Source: Selaginella moellendorffii
Taxonomy: Eukaryota; Plantae; Lycopodiophyta
Direction: 5' to 3'
NCBI RefSeq assembly: GCF_000143415.4
Contig: NW_003314309.1
Coordinates: 832,093-855,156 of the forward strand
DNA: 23,064 bases
The translations under genes were made by a program, and so were the position numbers. Positions 12,400 to 23,064 of the stretch are shown one piece after another; within the stretch, counting starts at the first letter, position 1, and every line of letters begins with the position of its first letter. The notes beneath the pieces are model-generated. The model had not been told where the DNA came from. It saw only the letters and a program-made list of their open reading frames with translations, and ran no database searches.

Positions 12400-14300
12400 A
12401 GGTGAAGAGTTTTTGTCTTTTTATAATGAGAATATATTCTTCAAATTTCCATTAGCTAATTCATCAAGCAAGAAAAGGGGCATGGAAATGTATTTTGATC
12501 CATATAATTGATGCAAGGTAAAAACAACTTACTTCCCCCATTTTGATGGATTCTTATCCATAGTCTATTGTGGTGGACAACTTGAGTGTGTCACTAAAAA
12601 TGCATTTTTAATTATGGCAAGAATATATGTTTTTTTGAAGGCTTAATGATTAAACCCCCTATATGCAATGGGGTTGTTATAAGGTTTAGATGTCATAAAT
12701 ATGGGGCAATACCTATATATTGAGTATGTTCTAATGCAAGGATGTATTATTTTCTTCCATGAAATGGCTGTTTAGGCAAAATAGCAATGCACGTTAGACA
12801 TCATGAACACACAATAGAGGAAGGAATCCATCATAATTATTTTCACAATTTAAAGGTTGCTATAACTATAAAGGCTGGGAAAAAAAGTGCTACAACTTCA
12901 AAGTGTGTTCAATAATCTATATTAAAAGATTATGTAGTTGACACATTGCTACAATCTAATAGCAAAATAGAGTTCACAGAGAACAAATTTAAGGACTTGC
13001 TTCGAAATATAGAACCTGTAACAAATTTAAATAGATATAAGATTAATACTTAACTTTACTTTGTCACTAATAATACTCTTTTCTTATGGCAGAATAAAGA
13101 ACTGGATGCGAAAAGGGTGAGATGGAAAGCTTCAATCTAGATTAGATGCAATTTTGGAGCTAAAGAGAAAATGTTTTTATAAGTTTATTCATAAGAGCAT
13201 TTTTGTTGCTCAAGTGTCTTCGAATAGTCAACACCCTTCATCTTTAAGATATCAACCCTTAATCTTGCTTCTAGTGTAGACTTTATACAATGAATGGATA
13301 TAAATGGAAATGAGGACTTAGCTAATTTTTGGATTCATTTTGATCACATGGAATGAATTTTAGGCTAGTGAACTATGGGAACCCATATTTATGATCACAA
13401 GTAAGTGAATTTTTATTTTTTAAACCTTCCATATTGGTTTACATCATATCTATTCCTTTTTTAGGTTGCAATGCAACTTCACTATAGCTATAGCCAAATT
13501 TAAGATTTGGGATTTCTAATCTAAGCTCAAATTATGTTTGAGGTTGTTGAACATCAAACCAGGAAAAAACCCAATTTCCATGGTTTTATAACAAATACTA
13601 CTAATGCTAACTAGTTGGCTGTGTAGTAAGTGTTTGGAGGTAATAAAAGTCAGTTATTACAAGGTAAAAAGAAGAGTTGTGAGTTTCATTGGACAAAGAA
13701 TGTGAACAAACATTGCTAATGCATCAAGTCTAACTTCCATCACAAGTTCAAGTAGCTTTGTCGAAAATTAATAGATGCATTAACTAAAGAGGAGTACGAG
13801 GCAAAGGCAAATGAGATGCACATATGGTGGCATGAAGGAAACAAAATGCCAATTGAACACCTTCTATAGATGGAATGCTGATTTGTATGGTGGGAAGTTT
13901 AAATGTTTTAATAAGGCTATTATATTCTTTATGTAAGTTTTCTCTCATTTTCTTTTCCTATCACATTCAAATGTTGCATTTTTCCTAAGATCAAACACTT
14001 GATGACATTGCACTTATACCAACAATTAATCTCTCTGAGAGTAAATATTGAAGTTGGAGAACTTCTAAAGTAGGGAAAAGAAAAGTGTCACTAAATCTCT
14101 TGAGCAATTATCAAAAACTTTGGCTACACAAAAAGCAAGATTTACTGATACAAGTTTAAACTTAGACAATCTTCAAGAGTAGGTAGAATGACAACACCAG
14201 CAGCAAGGTCAATGTCTAAAATGGTGGAGGAAGGTGTTGCTAGAACTTCTATGGAATTAACTTATGAACCATTCAGGGATACTATATTTCTGGATCCACA
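12400..14300 (+). pseudogene. Mutator-like (MULE-type DDE) transposase pseudogene with introns
   Basis: Hand translation gives FIFKIS..SSVDFIQ*M..DLANFWIHFDHME*ILG**TMGTHIYDH (~13235-13400), a GT-AG intron at 13401-13464 that keeps frame into KLQCNFTIAIA, PNFHGFITNTTNAN*LAV (13570-), the CxxH motif SCEFHW (~13675-13692) and PTINLSES (~14018-14043; cf. MULE TNNxxES). An upstream Cys-containing segment lies at ~12480-12600. Many stops; boundaries approximate. Confidence 0.65.
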
Positions 14301-14306
14301 ACTGAG

Positions 14307-14540
14307 TGTAAGCTTCTTAATTTGGACTTCTTAGGATGTCACCCAACTTAGTACTCTTCAAACCTAAAAATGTTTAACCTTTAAGTATCCTAAAACTTTT
14401 AACCGATTGAAAAAGGAGTGCACTCTTGTTTATAGGCACTTTCCCTCTATATTTAAACCCTTATAATTTGTCTCTTTGTTCTCTTTAGTTATTTATAATA
14501 TATTATAACTCTCCTGAGAACCTACACTCTACCCTTGGGT
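14307..14540 (-). mobile_element. Cassandra-type TRIM fragment: LTR with 5S-derived core (14307-14497) plus ~40 bp of internal domain
   Basis: Colinear with the LTR at 20910-21104 (tgtaagc.., ggacttc..gtcaccca..agtact, gtgcactcttgtttat). 14505-14540 resembles Cassandra internal sequence at ~21158-21204. Confidence 0.8.
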
Positions 14541-16172
14541 CTCATTTTGAAGTGCCAGCTCGTTAGAATACAACTTCTTGTATTCATATCCTACCTATAA
14601 GGACCACGCATACAAGTGTTATTCTGACACTTGATTATTTTCCGTTCCCTATGGGCTGCCTTTGCCCCTTAGGACTATCTATCCATATGATAAGAATACC
14701 AACTCATCCTCTGAGCACACCCTCAACTCTTTGGGTTTGGTTCAGCATTTATAAAAGGTAGCCCCGGTTACCATTTTAAGGACTTGTGTCCTCATCCGTA
14801 TTTAACCCCTCTCACAGTCATTAATTCCGGTCTCAAATTCATGAGCACCAACCTCAACTATATAAGGATAATCTTGTGATTCCTTTATTATTTTGGAGTT
14901 TCTATCTTTCTTGTGATCCCAACTATAGTTGTTTACCACAACTATATTAGTCAGTTTGCTAAGTCAAACACTCATCTGGATCACATCCTCAACTCTCTAA
15001 GGAAACATTATATTATTCCCAAGATCGTAAAGTTATTCCATTATTAACTCTTTTCTATCCACCACCTCGCCTACAAGTTCACACATGAACTGTAGTGGAG
15101 AGCTATGTCTTCCCGACTTGCTACTCCTCAAGGATAGGCCCACTCCTAGGACTTTCCAATGCCAACACTAGTGGTGATATACTTGAGCACCAATAAAAGT
15201 CGGACTAAGGAACAGCTCTGATACCAAGTTGTAAGCGACTAAATTTTCCATTTTACTTTAGTCACTTAACCACACCTCCAACCACTTGGAGGAGTCTCAC
15301 TCACAACCTCCATAAGTTATATTCCGAACTTGGGGCTTGCTATCCCCAAGAATGGCATCCATACCACTCAACCTTTGCACTTGGTCCAAGTGTTTCATGT
15401 ATCCAATCCCATGACCGACACCCCAAGGTACCACCGATTTATCAGCCCATTACGCTAAGGCTATGTCCCTTCACCTTAGTTACACCGGTGGTCTAACACC
15501 ACCTACATCACAGTCCCGTCTCACAAAGACTAAACCATCCATCCACGAGTGATATTCTAGATCCACTCCTTAGCATCCTTAGGATGCTCGCAGACAGGGG
15601 GAATAACTTTCCCCAATATCCTTTTTCCAGTCCCCTACAAGTGCTTTTCTATCCATGGCCGTGTTCACCAACATTACCACTGGGTCAAGGCCCATAGGCC
15701 CGATCACTAAGTTCCACAGTCCTTTGGGACTTCCTCACCACACGACTGTATCCTTGGTCACTACACCAGAGGATTGCTCTTTTTCCTTCCCACAATTTGG
15801 GCCTTTGGGACAATATTTTGGAACACCGTGCCCCTATGCGAGCCTTGCGGGTACTCTCCCCGCCTTCTGCCTTTGGGTGCTCTAGCCATAGGCTTAGAGT
15901 GAGGTTCCATTGAGCCATGCTAGGTCCAAGTGGGTAGTGCCACCCATGTTTGGATTGAGAGCATCAACCATTCGATCTCCCAGCAGAATTAGAGTCAGCT
16001 CTTGAACACTTCACCAAGCTACCCCACTTGTCGGTCCGTATTCACTTTAGTCTTGGACTTCCCAGTGGTCAACTCATCACCCAACACCTGGGTACAACCT
16101 TCCTGGGCCAAATTGGCTCCACTGGGCTCCAACCACCACACTCTCCCTACTATACTTTTGGAACCCCTTGCA
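14541..16172 (-). mobile_element. 5' part of family-B LTR retrotransposon: LTR 16172-15230 (TGCAAG...GCTTACA), PBS 15226-15215, decayed internal region
   Basis: Minus strand reads ...GCTTACA-ACT-TGGTATCAGAGC, the canonical tRNA-iMet PBS 3 nt after the LTR. The first 28 nt of the LTR match 4407-4434. Internal region plus LTR end is duplicated at 22089-23064. Confidence 0.85.
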
Positions 16173-19100
16173 AATATTAACAAGAAAAATATTAATATTA
16201 AAAAGAAAAACCTATTCAACACAAATTGTGATTCTAATTTGTTACTACAATTAGATCACTTGCTAAAAACAATAAACCCATACGCACAAGATTTTCAAAT
16301 GATGTATGATCTTGAATCACAAAAACAATATCACTCAATTTGCAATGGAACTCCAAAATGTGGTGTTTATATGATTGTTAGAAATGAAGGTATTAATCTA
16401 TATTGTTATAAATTGCCATGGACTAATGATGTTGTTATTGTTTTTGCTATTGATGAGGGTAAGCCATCTCTTAATAGAGAAATATGTATACATCTATATA
16501 ACTCACAGCCAAAAAAGATTTCTATTCTTAATGAAAATTATAATCCTATGGTTTATCCTTTACTTTTACTATTTAGTGATAAAGGTTGGCATGAAAAAAT
16601 CTACCACAATGAGTCACATATAATGCTACTTTAGTACTATGCATATTGATTATCTCAACAAAATAACATTGGCAACTCTTTCCTTTATGATCAATTGTTA
16701 CATGCTAAGAAGCTCACCTAACAATTTATGGTTGATTCTTATGTAAAGGTTGAATCTAACAACTTTAGTTTCTTTCACACTCATCAAAAACACTTAAAAG
16801 TGGATTATTACACAGGTTTTATGGACTATATTAGCAATAAAGTTACTATTAATAATGTTGAACTTGGAAAAGTTATAATTTTGCCTTTTACATTTCTTGG
16901 TAGCCTATGAGTAATGCAACAACATTATTAAGATGTTATTGCTATTATCACACATTTTGAAAAACATGACTTATTTATTATATTTACATACAACCCAAAG
17001 TGGCCTGAAATTGTGCAAAACTTACAACCAAATGAATCACTTGTAGATCAATTTAATCTTATTTCAAGAGTTTTCAACTTGAAACTTAAAGAATTCCTAC
17101 ATGATATAAATATCAAAGGAATTTTTGGGAAGTGTATTGTATATGTTTATGTTATTAAATTCCAGAAAAGAGATTTACCTCATTATCATTTCTTAATAAT
17201 GTTATTAAGTGAAGACAAGATAAAAAATCATGACTCGGTTGACGAATTTGTCATTGCATAGTTGCCACACTTACTACTAGAACCAGAATTACATACCATA
17301 ATTATAATTCATATGATATATGGTCCACGTGGTTATCTAAAATCTTAAAAGTTCTTGCATGGAAAATAACAAATAATCTAAGATTTATCCAAAAGAATTT
17401 AATGTTGAAACCATTTATTGTGTTATGGTTATCTTGATTACTACTGACTCTATAACAGCGCATTTTCATAAAAAATGGTTATACTATTAATAATAGATGG
17501 GTTGCTCTTTATAATAAATACCTTTATAAAAAATATAAAGCACATATCAATGTAAAGATTTGTGCTTTTATTAAAAGTATTAAATATTTATTTCAATATG
17601 TGTATAAAATGCAACATTAGAATTCTTAACTGCATTTGAAAGACGAGGGACTTTAAATTGAGATGAAATCTTAAGCTTTGTGGATGCTCAATATATTTTT
17701 GCTCATGAAGCCATATGGCATATATTTAAGTTTTATATGCATGATAAATCACTAAATATTATACACATTCTAGTTTATTTACCTACTTTTCAAAATTTCT
17801 ATTTCATACTAAGTCATGAACAAAAAGCACTAGAAAGAGCCACTCAAAATGGAATAATGCTTACACAATAGTTCAATTTAAACATGCAAGATACTAATTC
17901 AAGGCAATACACATATACTTAAATTTTTTTGGACTACACATATAATAAATCCTCTCATAAATGGCAATTACGCTAGTGAAATGTTAAATTCATACCAAGA
18001 ATGTATTCTATATCTCCTTTTAATAGTGAGTTGTACTATTTGTGGCTTATATTACTCCATAAAAAAGGTGCTATATCATTTGGGGATATATCTATTGTCG
18101 AAGGTGTTATTTTCTTCACTTTTAAACAAATAGCAATGGCAATGGGACTTTTAATAAACAATTTAGAATGACAACATTGTATACAAGAAGTTTCTACTTT
18201 TAAAATGCCATCCCAATTAAGACAGTTATTTATTTTTATTTGTTTGTATTGTTCTCCAAAAGATCCAAATCTATTATGGGATAATTTCAAAATTGTTATG
18301 TCTGAGGATTATGCTAGAAATGATATAAACTATTTTGATATTACTTTACTCGATATTAAATCAAAATTCCAACCACACAATAAATCTAATTGTGATTTTG
18401 GTTTACCACTCCCAACTCTTACTCCCATTATCGCTTAATACACAGATCCCTTATCCATCACGAAACCAAATTAATGCAAACATAAATCAATTCAATCATG
18501 AATAATGTAATATTTTTTACCTCATTATAAATGCTATTGACACAAAGCAGCATCAATGTTTCTTTATTGATGAATCTAGTGGTACTAAAAAACAATTTCT
18601 ACTTAATACCATCATTACAGTATTACAATTAAAAAAAATAAAAATAATTAGTATTCAGTATGGTATGGACTGGGATTGCAAGCATTTTGCTAAAATATGG
18701 TCAAACAGCACATACAACTTTTTAAACTTCTTGTTCCTTTAGATGAAACTTTTGTCTCTACTTCAACAATTAATAGTGTTGCTAGAAAAACCATTAAACA
18801 AGCAAATGTTCTCATATGGGATGAAATTAGTATGGTCCACACATATGCTTTCTCTGCAGTTGATAAATGTTTAAAGCATCTCAAATGTAATTTTAAACCA
18901 TTTGGAGGTGTTATAGTGATTACAAGTGGTGACTTTCGTCAAACCCTTCCTATTATTCCCCATGGCCATAGAACTTTTATTATTTCAAGCTCAGTTAAAA
19001 TGAATAAATTATGGTCACTCTTTACAACATTAACATTAATAAAGAACATGTGTTCAAGCAATCTTTGTTTTTTTTAATGGCTTTTCAAAGTTGGCAATGG

Positions 19101-19878
19101 TGATAGTAGTTTGTAGCTGCCATGTCTCCCACCAGATATTATCCAAATACCACATGCATATCTATCTCCACACCTGTTGTAAACTTTGTTTTCCCAAATA
19201 TTGATGATATTATAAAGACTTAATAGCTGCATCAAAGGTTATTCTCACCCCACTCAAGGACAACATATTCAGAATAAATAATGACATTGTTGGAAGACTA
19301 CTAGGTGATCTATATATTTACTTGAGCATTGATATGGTTGAGTCAGATCAACCTAAAGAGTTTCTAATTGAATTCTTAAATTTAATCACCCTATCGAGAT
19401 TACCACCACACAAATTAACTCTAAAACAAAATGTGATTTTGATTCTTCTTAGGAACATATCTCCACAAATTGGTTTATGCAATGGCACTCGCCTCATTCT
19501 CAAGCAAGCATGTCAAAATGTTTTAGATTGTCAAATTATCACGAGACAATTCAAGAGATTGTGAGTTTTTATTCCACATATTACCTTTACACCTTTTGAT
19601 GTTGAAATCCCTTTCAAGATGTCCCAAAGACAATTCCCAATTTGTCTAGGTTATTGCTTAACTATTTCTAAAGCCCAAGGCCAAACTTTTGACCATGTTG
19701 GCATTTACCTCCCCAACCTGTTTTCACATAAGGTCAGCTTTATGTTGCTCTCTCAAGGTGTAGATCACCTGAACAACTTCGTATTCAAGTGCTCGCAACC
19801 CCCCTTCAAGGCAATCTTGTACCATATGATCAACACTTTTACACTGTGAATACAGTCTATGCTAAAGTTCTTAAGTAG
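16173..19878 (+). pseudogene. Helitron Rep/PIF1-helicase (RepHel) transposase pseudogene, 5'-truncated by the LTR
   Basis: Ordered motifs across broken ORFs: INPYA..F; DLFIIFTYNPKWPEI (Rep motif 1); YVIKFQKRDLPHYHFLI (HUH motif 2); SIKYLFQYV (motif 3); FFIDESSGTK (decayed Walker A); LIWDEISM (Walker B); PFGG..GDFRQTLP; GLCNGTRL; RQFP..LTISKAQGQT; GQLYVALSR; NTVYAKVL* with stop at 19876-19878. Numerous stops and frameshifts. Confidence 0.95.
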
Positions 19879-20478
19879 ATTGACAAATACATGGCACAAT
19901 TCCAAATCCAACCATGATTCCACAAAGCTATCTATTGAGCCACCTTTGACTTATAATTGTGAGTTTAAAGTGCGCACCACAATAAAGTTGGCATTGACTA
20001 GTGTGCTTTGGGTGGTGTGCCATTTTGGTTATGGCAACATGCTATTGAGCTGCTAATGGCAGAGGTACAGTTTCATCTTGTTGCTTCCTGAGTGCAGCTC
20101 TTATTGCAGTATAATGGTTTCCGGCTCATCCCAGAAACCTCTCTAGTGGGCTGTGGAGCAAGTAGCAACACCTGCACCAAAGATGGGCTTGGAAGTATTT
20201 CTTGGGCTCTTTGTATTCAAAATGGAGGAATGCAACTTAATAGTGATTTAATCTAGCTTATATAATGCTCATGGGTAGAGTTTATAAATTCCAGCATAGG
20301 AAATCTAGATTTGATTGCTGAAATCTTGACAACAATCAAGTATGGTAATGCATTACTATTTTATGATTACAGATAACATGTTTGGTCAAGAAAATGTCTT
20401 TCAATTGTGGAGTTGATCAAACAGCAAACATAGCTAAGCTTAGCAAACCTCTTGAAATGGCATTAAATTTGCCAACCA

Positions 20479-20504
20479 CCCAACATTTGTTGGGCAATTG
20501 CTAA
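20479..20504 (+). mobile_element. Candidate Helitron 3' terminus (hairpin plus CTRR)
   Basis: 16-nt palindrome cccaaca-tt-tgttggg (20479-20494), 6 nt, then CTAA (20501-20504) followed by T; ~620 bp downstream of the RepHel stop. Confidence 0.55.
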
Positions 20505-20830
20505 TCTATCATAATAAGGAGGAGTTGCTGAACTTTTTGGGCTGCCATATCTAGCCAATCGTAGCCATCTCATGGGAGGGGGGGGAGGTAATTGTAAAGG
20601 GGTTATTTTCTTAACCATGTGTTAGTGAATAATCACCTGATGTTTGCTCCCGGCCAATAGGAGGCAGCTAAAGCGTGTGTGGTGAGAGAGGAATGCCGGG
20701 TGGCACATGTCACATGCAAATGTGTTGACCATGGTTGCACCTGTCATCTGAGCATCGAGATTGCTCAAGCAGCAGCAGCAACCCAAGGCTGCAAGGAAAA
20801 TTTGGCAACTTGAGAACCACATGCCTGTTC
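20505..20830 (+). mobile_element. Candidate 5' end of a second Helitron unit
   Basis: Begins TCTATCATAATAAG (TC plus AT-rich start typical of Helitrons) immediately after the CTAA end, followed by GC-richer non-coding sequence. Right boundary uncertain. Confidence 0.4.
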
Positions 20831-20909
20831 CAAGAGATCACATTAACATCTATGTCATGGATATTCACCACCATTTGAAAGTACCAATGGAAACTCCCAT
20901 AGACTGATC

Positions 20910-21492
20910 TGTAAGCTCATAAGTTTGGACTTCCTGGGAGGTCACCCTGCCCAGTACTATTCAAACCCAAAGATGCTTAACTCCAAATATTCCAAGAACC
21001 TTAACCAATTAGAAAAGGGGGTGCACTTTTGTTTATGAGCCCTTTCCCTTTATATTTGAACCTTTATGGATCATCTATTAAGTCATTCCCTTTGGTTGCT
21101 TATAATCCACTACGCTTCTTTACAAGTTCATGCCCTCGTGAACGGAAGTTGAGAGCCACAGCCCTCTCGAGAGCCCCGCTCTCTTGACACCTTACCCCTC
21201 GGGTTGAGCCTAGTTGAAACAAACTAGATCAATTAGATGTCAATCAACATGTGGTGTGATTTCCCTAGCTAACTAACAGAGTCGGATTTGAGACCCCTCT
21301 GATACCAAATGTAAGCTTTTGAGTGGAAGTCACCCTGCACAATACTATTCAAACCCAAAAATGCTTAACTCCAAATATCTCAAGACCCTTAACCAATTGA
21401 AAAAGGGGGTGCACTCTTGTTTATGGGCCCTTTCCCTTTATATTTGAACCCTTATAAATTATTTCTCAAGTTGTTCCCTTTGGTTGCTTACA
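20910..21492 (-). mobile_element. Complete Cassandra-type TRIM retrotransposon (583 bp, non-autonomous, 5S-rRNA-derived LTRs)
   Basis: Direct repeats 20910-21104 and 21310-21492 with TGTAAGC...GCTTA(C/T)A ends; PBS TGGTATCAGAG on minus strand at 21307-21297; decayed PPT ..aagaagcgtagtggat next to the other LTR; 205-bp non-coding interior; target duplication tgatc (20905-20909) / tgacc (21493-21497). Confidence 0.92.
20927..20984 (-). promoter_or_regulatory. 5S-rRNA-derived Pol III type-1 internal promoter region (box A / IE / box C) in the Cassandra LTR
   Basis: Minus strand ggagttaagcatctttgggtttgaatagtactgggcagggtgacctcccaggaagtcc matches the recalled plant 5S rRNA segment gcagttaagcgtgcttgggcgagagtagtactaggatgggtgacctcctgggaagtcc at about 45 of 58 positions by eye. 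Confidence 0.88.
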
Positions 21493-21639
21493 TGACCATT
21501 CTATTGGAGGAGCAAGCCACAAGCTCAAAGGAATCCACCCTTTTACATAAACTTCATGTAAAAGCAATAAAGAAAGATGATTTAGTTGCCTAGATGAAAG
21601 AAAAGCAAAGCTTAGCTAAAAAAAAGTTTAATCAATCAG

Positions 21640-23064
21640 TTTAAAGTACGATGTGAGCTTGACTTAAAAGCATCACACCTTGGCACATTTGGTGTCTTCA
21701 CACCATTGGCTTCACGAGCCCACCTTTACAACACTTCCCATTTATGTCTAAGTCTTTGCTAAGGCCAACATAATTGTTTCTCATGCCAACTATCAATTAA
21801 CACTACACTATAGTGTTTGCATACAACTCTAAACCAAAGTTGTTTTTTTTTTGGAACACCTTTTCTATGACTTTAATATGGCACCTTCCACCATCAATAA
21901 AATACACACTGTTCTCATACTTGAATCTTATGATCCTCCCCATCCCTCATAGGGTACAACACACCTCAGTCCAAATGCTTCTATAAGTTCTCTAGAACCA
22001 TTCTTTGACTCCACTTAAGTCATCTAGCTTTTTAGACTTTGCTAATTCGACGACCCATAATGTCCTAGCCTTCTGACTATTTTTTTAGGTGTCAGTTCAC
22101 TAGAATACATTTTCTGGTATTCATGTCCTACCCATATTGATTACTTTTTGTTCCCTGTGGGCTACCTTTGCCCCTTAAAACTATCAACTCATCCTCTAAG
22201 TACACCCCCAACTCCTTGGGTTTGTTCCAGCATTTATAAAAGGTAGCCTTGACTACTATTTCAAGGACTTGTGTCCTCATCTGTATTTGACTTTCCACAG
22301 TCATTAATTCTAGTCTTAAATTCATGAGCACCAGCCTCAACTATATGAGGATAATCTTATGACTCCTTTGTTGATTTGGATTCTTTATCTTTCCCATGAT
22401 CTTAACTATAATTGTTTACCACAACTACATTAACCAATTTACTAAGTCAAATACTCATCTGGATCACATCCTCAATTCTCTAAGGAAAATTTTATATTCA
22501 AGATCCCAAAATTATTCCCTTATCAACCCTTTATCTATCCACCATATTGCCTACAATTTCACACTTAAACTGTAGTGGAGAGTCATGTCCTCCCAACTTG
22601 CTACTCCTTAAGGATAGGCCCACTTTTAGTACCTTCCGATGCTAACACAAGTGGTGATATATTTAACCTCCAATAAAAGTTAGACTAAAGAACAGCTCCG
22701 ATATCAAATTGTAAGTGACTAAATTTTCCATTTTCTTTAGTCACTTAACCACACTCCTAACCATTTGGAAGAATCTCACTCACAACTTTCATAAGTCCCA
22801 TTCCAGACTTGGGGACTTACTAGCCCTGAGAATAATATCTATGCCATTCAACCTTTGCACTTGGTCCAAATGCTCCATGTGTCCGATCTCATAACTAACA
22901 CCCAAAGGTACCACTGACATATCATCCCGTGACGCTAAGGTTATACCCATTCACCTTTGCCACACCAATGATCCAACACCACCTACATTATAGTCTTGTC
23001 TCTCAATTTCCATAGTGCACTAAACTCCAACCTAGAGCAAATCCTTCCATCTCAGTGACAAACA
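21640..23064 (-). mobile_element. Second partial family-B element (Ty3/gypsy-like): LTR end 22710 to window edge, decayed PBS 22706-22695, gag-protease remnants
   Basis: 22089-23005 is colinear with 14552-15525. Minus-strand peptides FIDGGRC (21902-21881) and CDA..AHIVL (~21677-21643) resemble gypsy aspartic protease motifs IIDGGSC and CDV..CHILLG. Confidence 0.75.

Noticed and set aside
4407-16172. Large element bounded by inverted repeats at 4407 and 16172
   Set aside because: These are two diverged LTRs of related subfamilies in opposite orientation; the left one has its own TSD and the right one its own PBS.
16002-16634. 210-aa ORF as a novel fusion protein
   Set aside because: The first ~57 codons are antisense LTR sequence starting at TTG and reading by chance into a Helitron fragment.
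16728-20056. Many short ORFs as separate genes or an operon
   Set aside because: Most are frameshifted pieces of one RepHel pseudogene; the rest are shadow frames.
20927-20984. Genuine 5S rRNA gene (also at ~14324-14380 and ~21325-21372)
   Set aside because: Only ~60 nt of the ~120-nt 5S is represented, it is diverged, and it sits inside LTRs with PBS and TSD.
14307-21492. One 7-kb element bounded by Cassandra LTRs and carrying a Helitron
   Set aside because: 20910-21492 has its own TSD (tgatc/tgacc), which does not match the ctgag flank at 14302-14306.

Overview
AT-rich, CpG-depleted eukaryotic DNA, almost certainly land-plant nuclear sequence, made up of nested, mostly decayed transposable elements. 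I found no intact host gene. Main parts: an assembly gap (1575-2091); two copies of a ~325-bp LTR-like repeat; a younger GC/CpG-rich LTR insertion (4098-5128) inside very decayed Copia-like pol remnants; an array of six 24-bp palindromes (10722-11254); an intron-containing Mutator-like (MULE-type) transposase pseudogene (~12400-14300); a Helitron Rep-helicase pseudogene (16173-19878) with a candidate 3' hairpin/CTRR end directly followed by a second Helitron-like 5' end; a complete Cassandra-type TRIM carrying 5S-rRNA-derived sequence in its LTRs (20910-21492); a further Cassandra LTR at 14307; and two partial copies of a Ty3/gypsy-like element with similar TGTAAG..CTTACA termini and the same tRNA-iMet primer site. 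The most interesting observation is the structural link and physical fusion between the 5S-bearing Cassandra and this gypsy-like family, which is a candidate mobilising partner. All homology calls are by eye against recalled motifs; no search was run.
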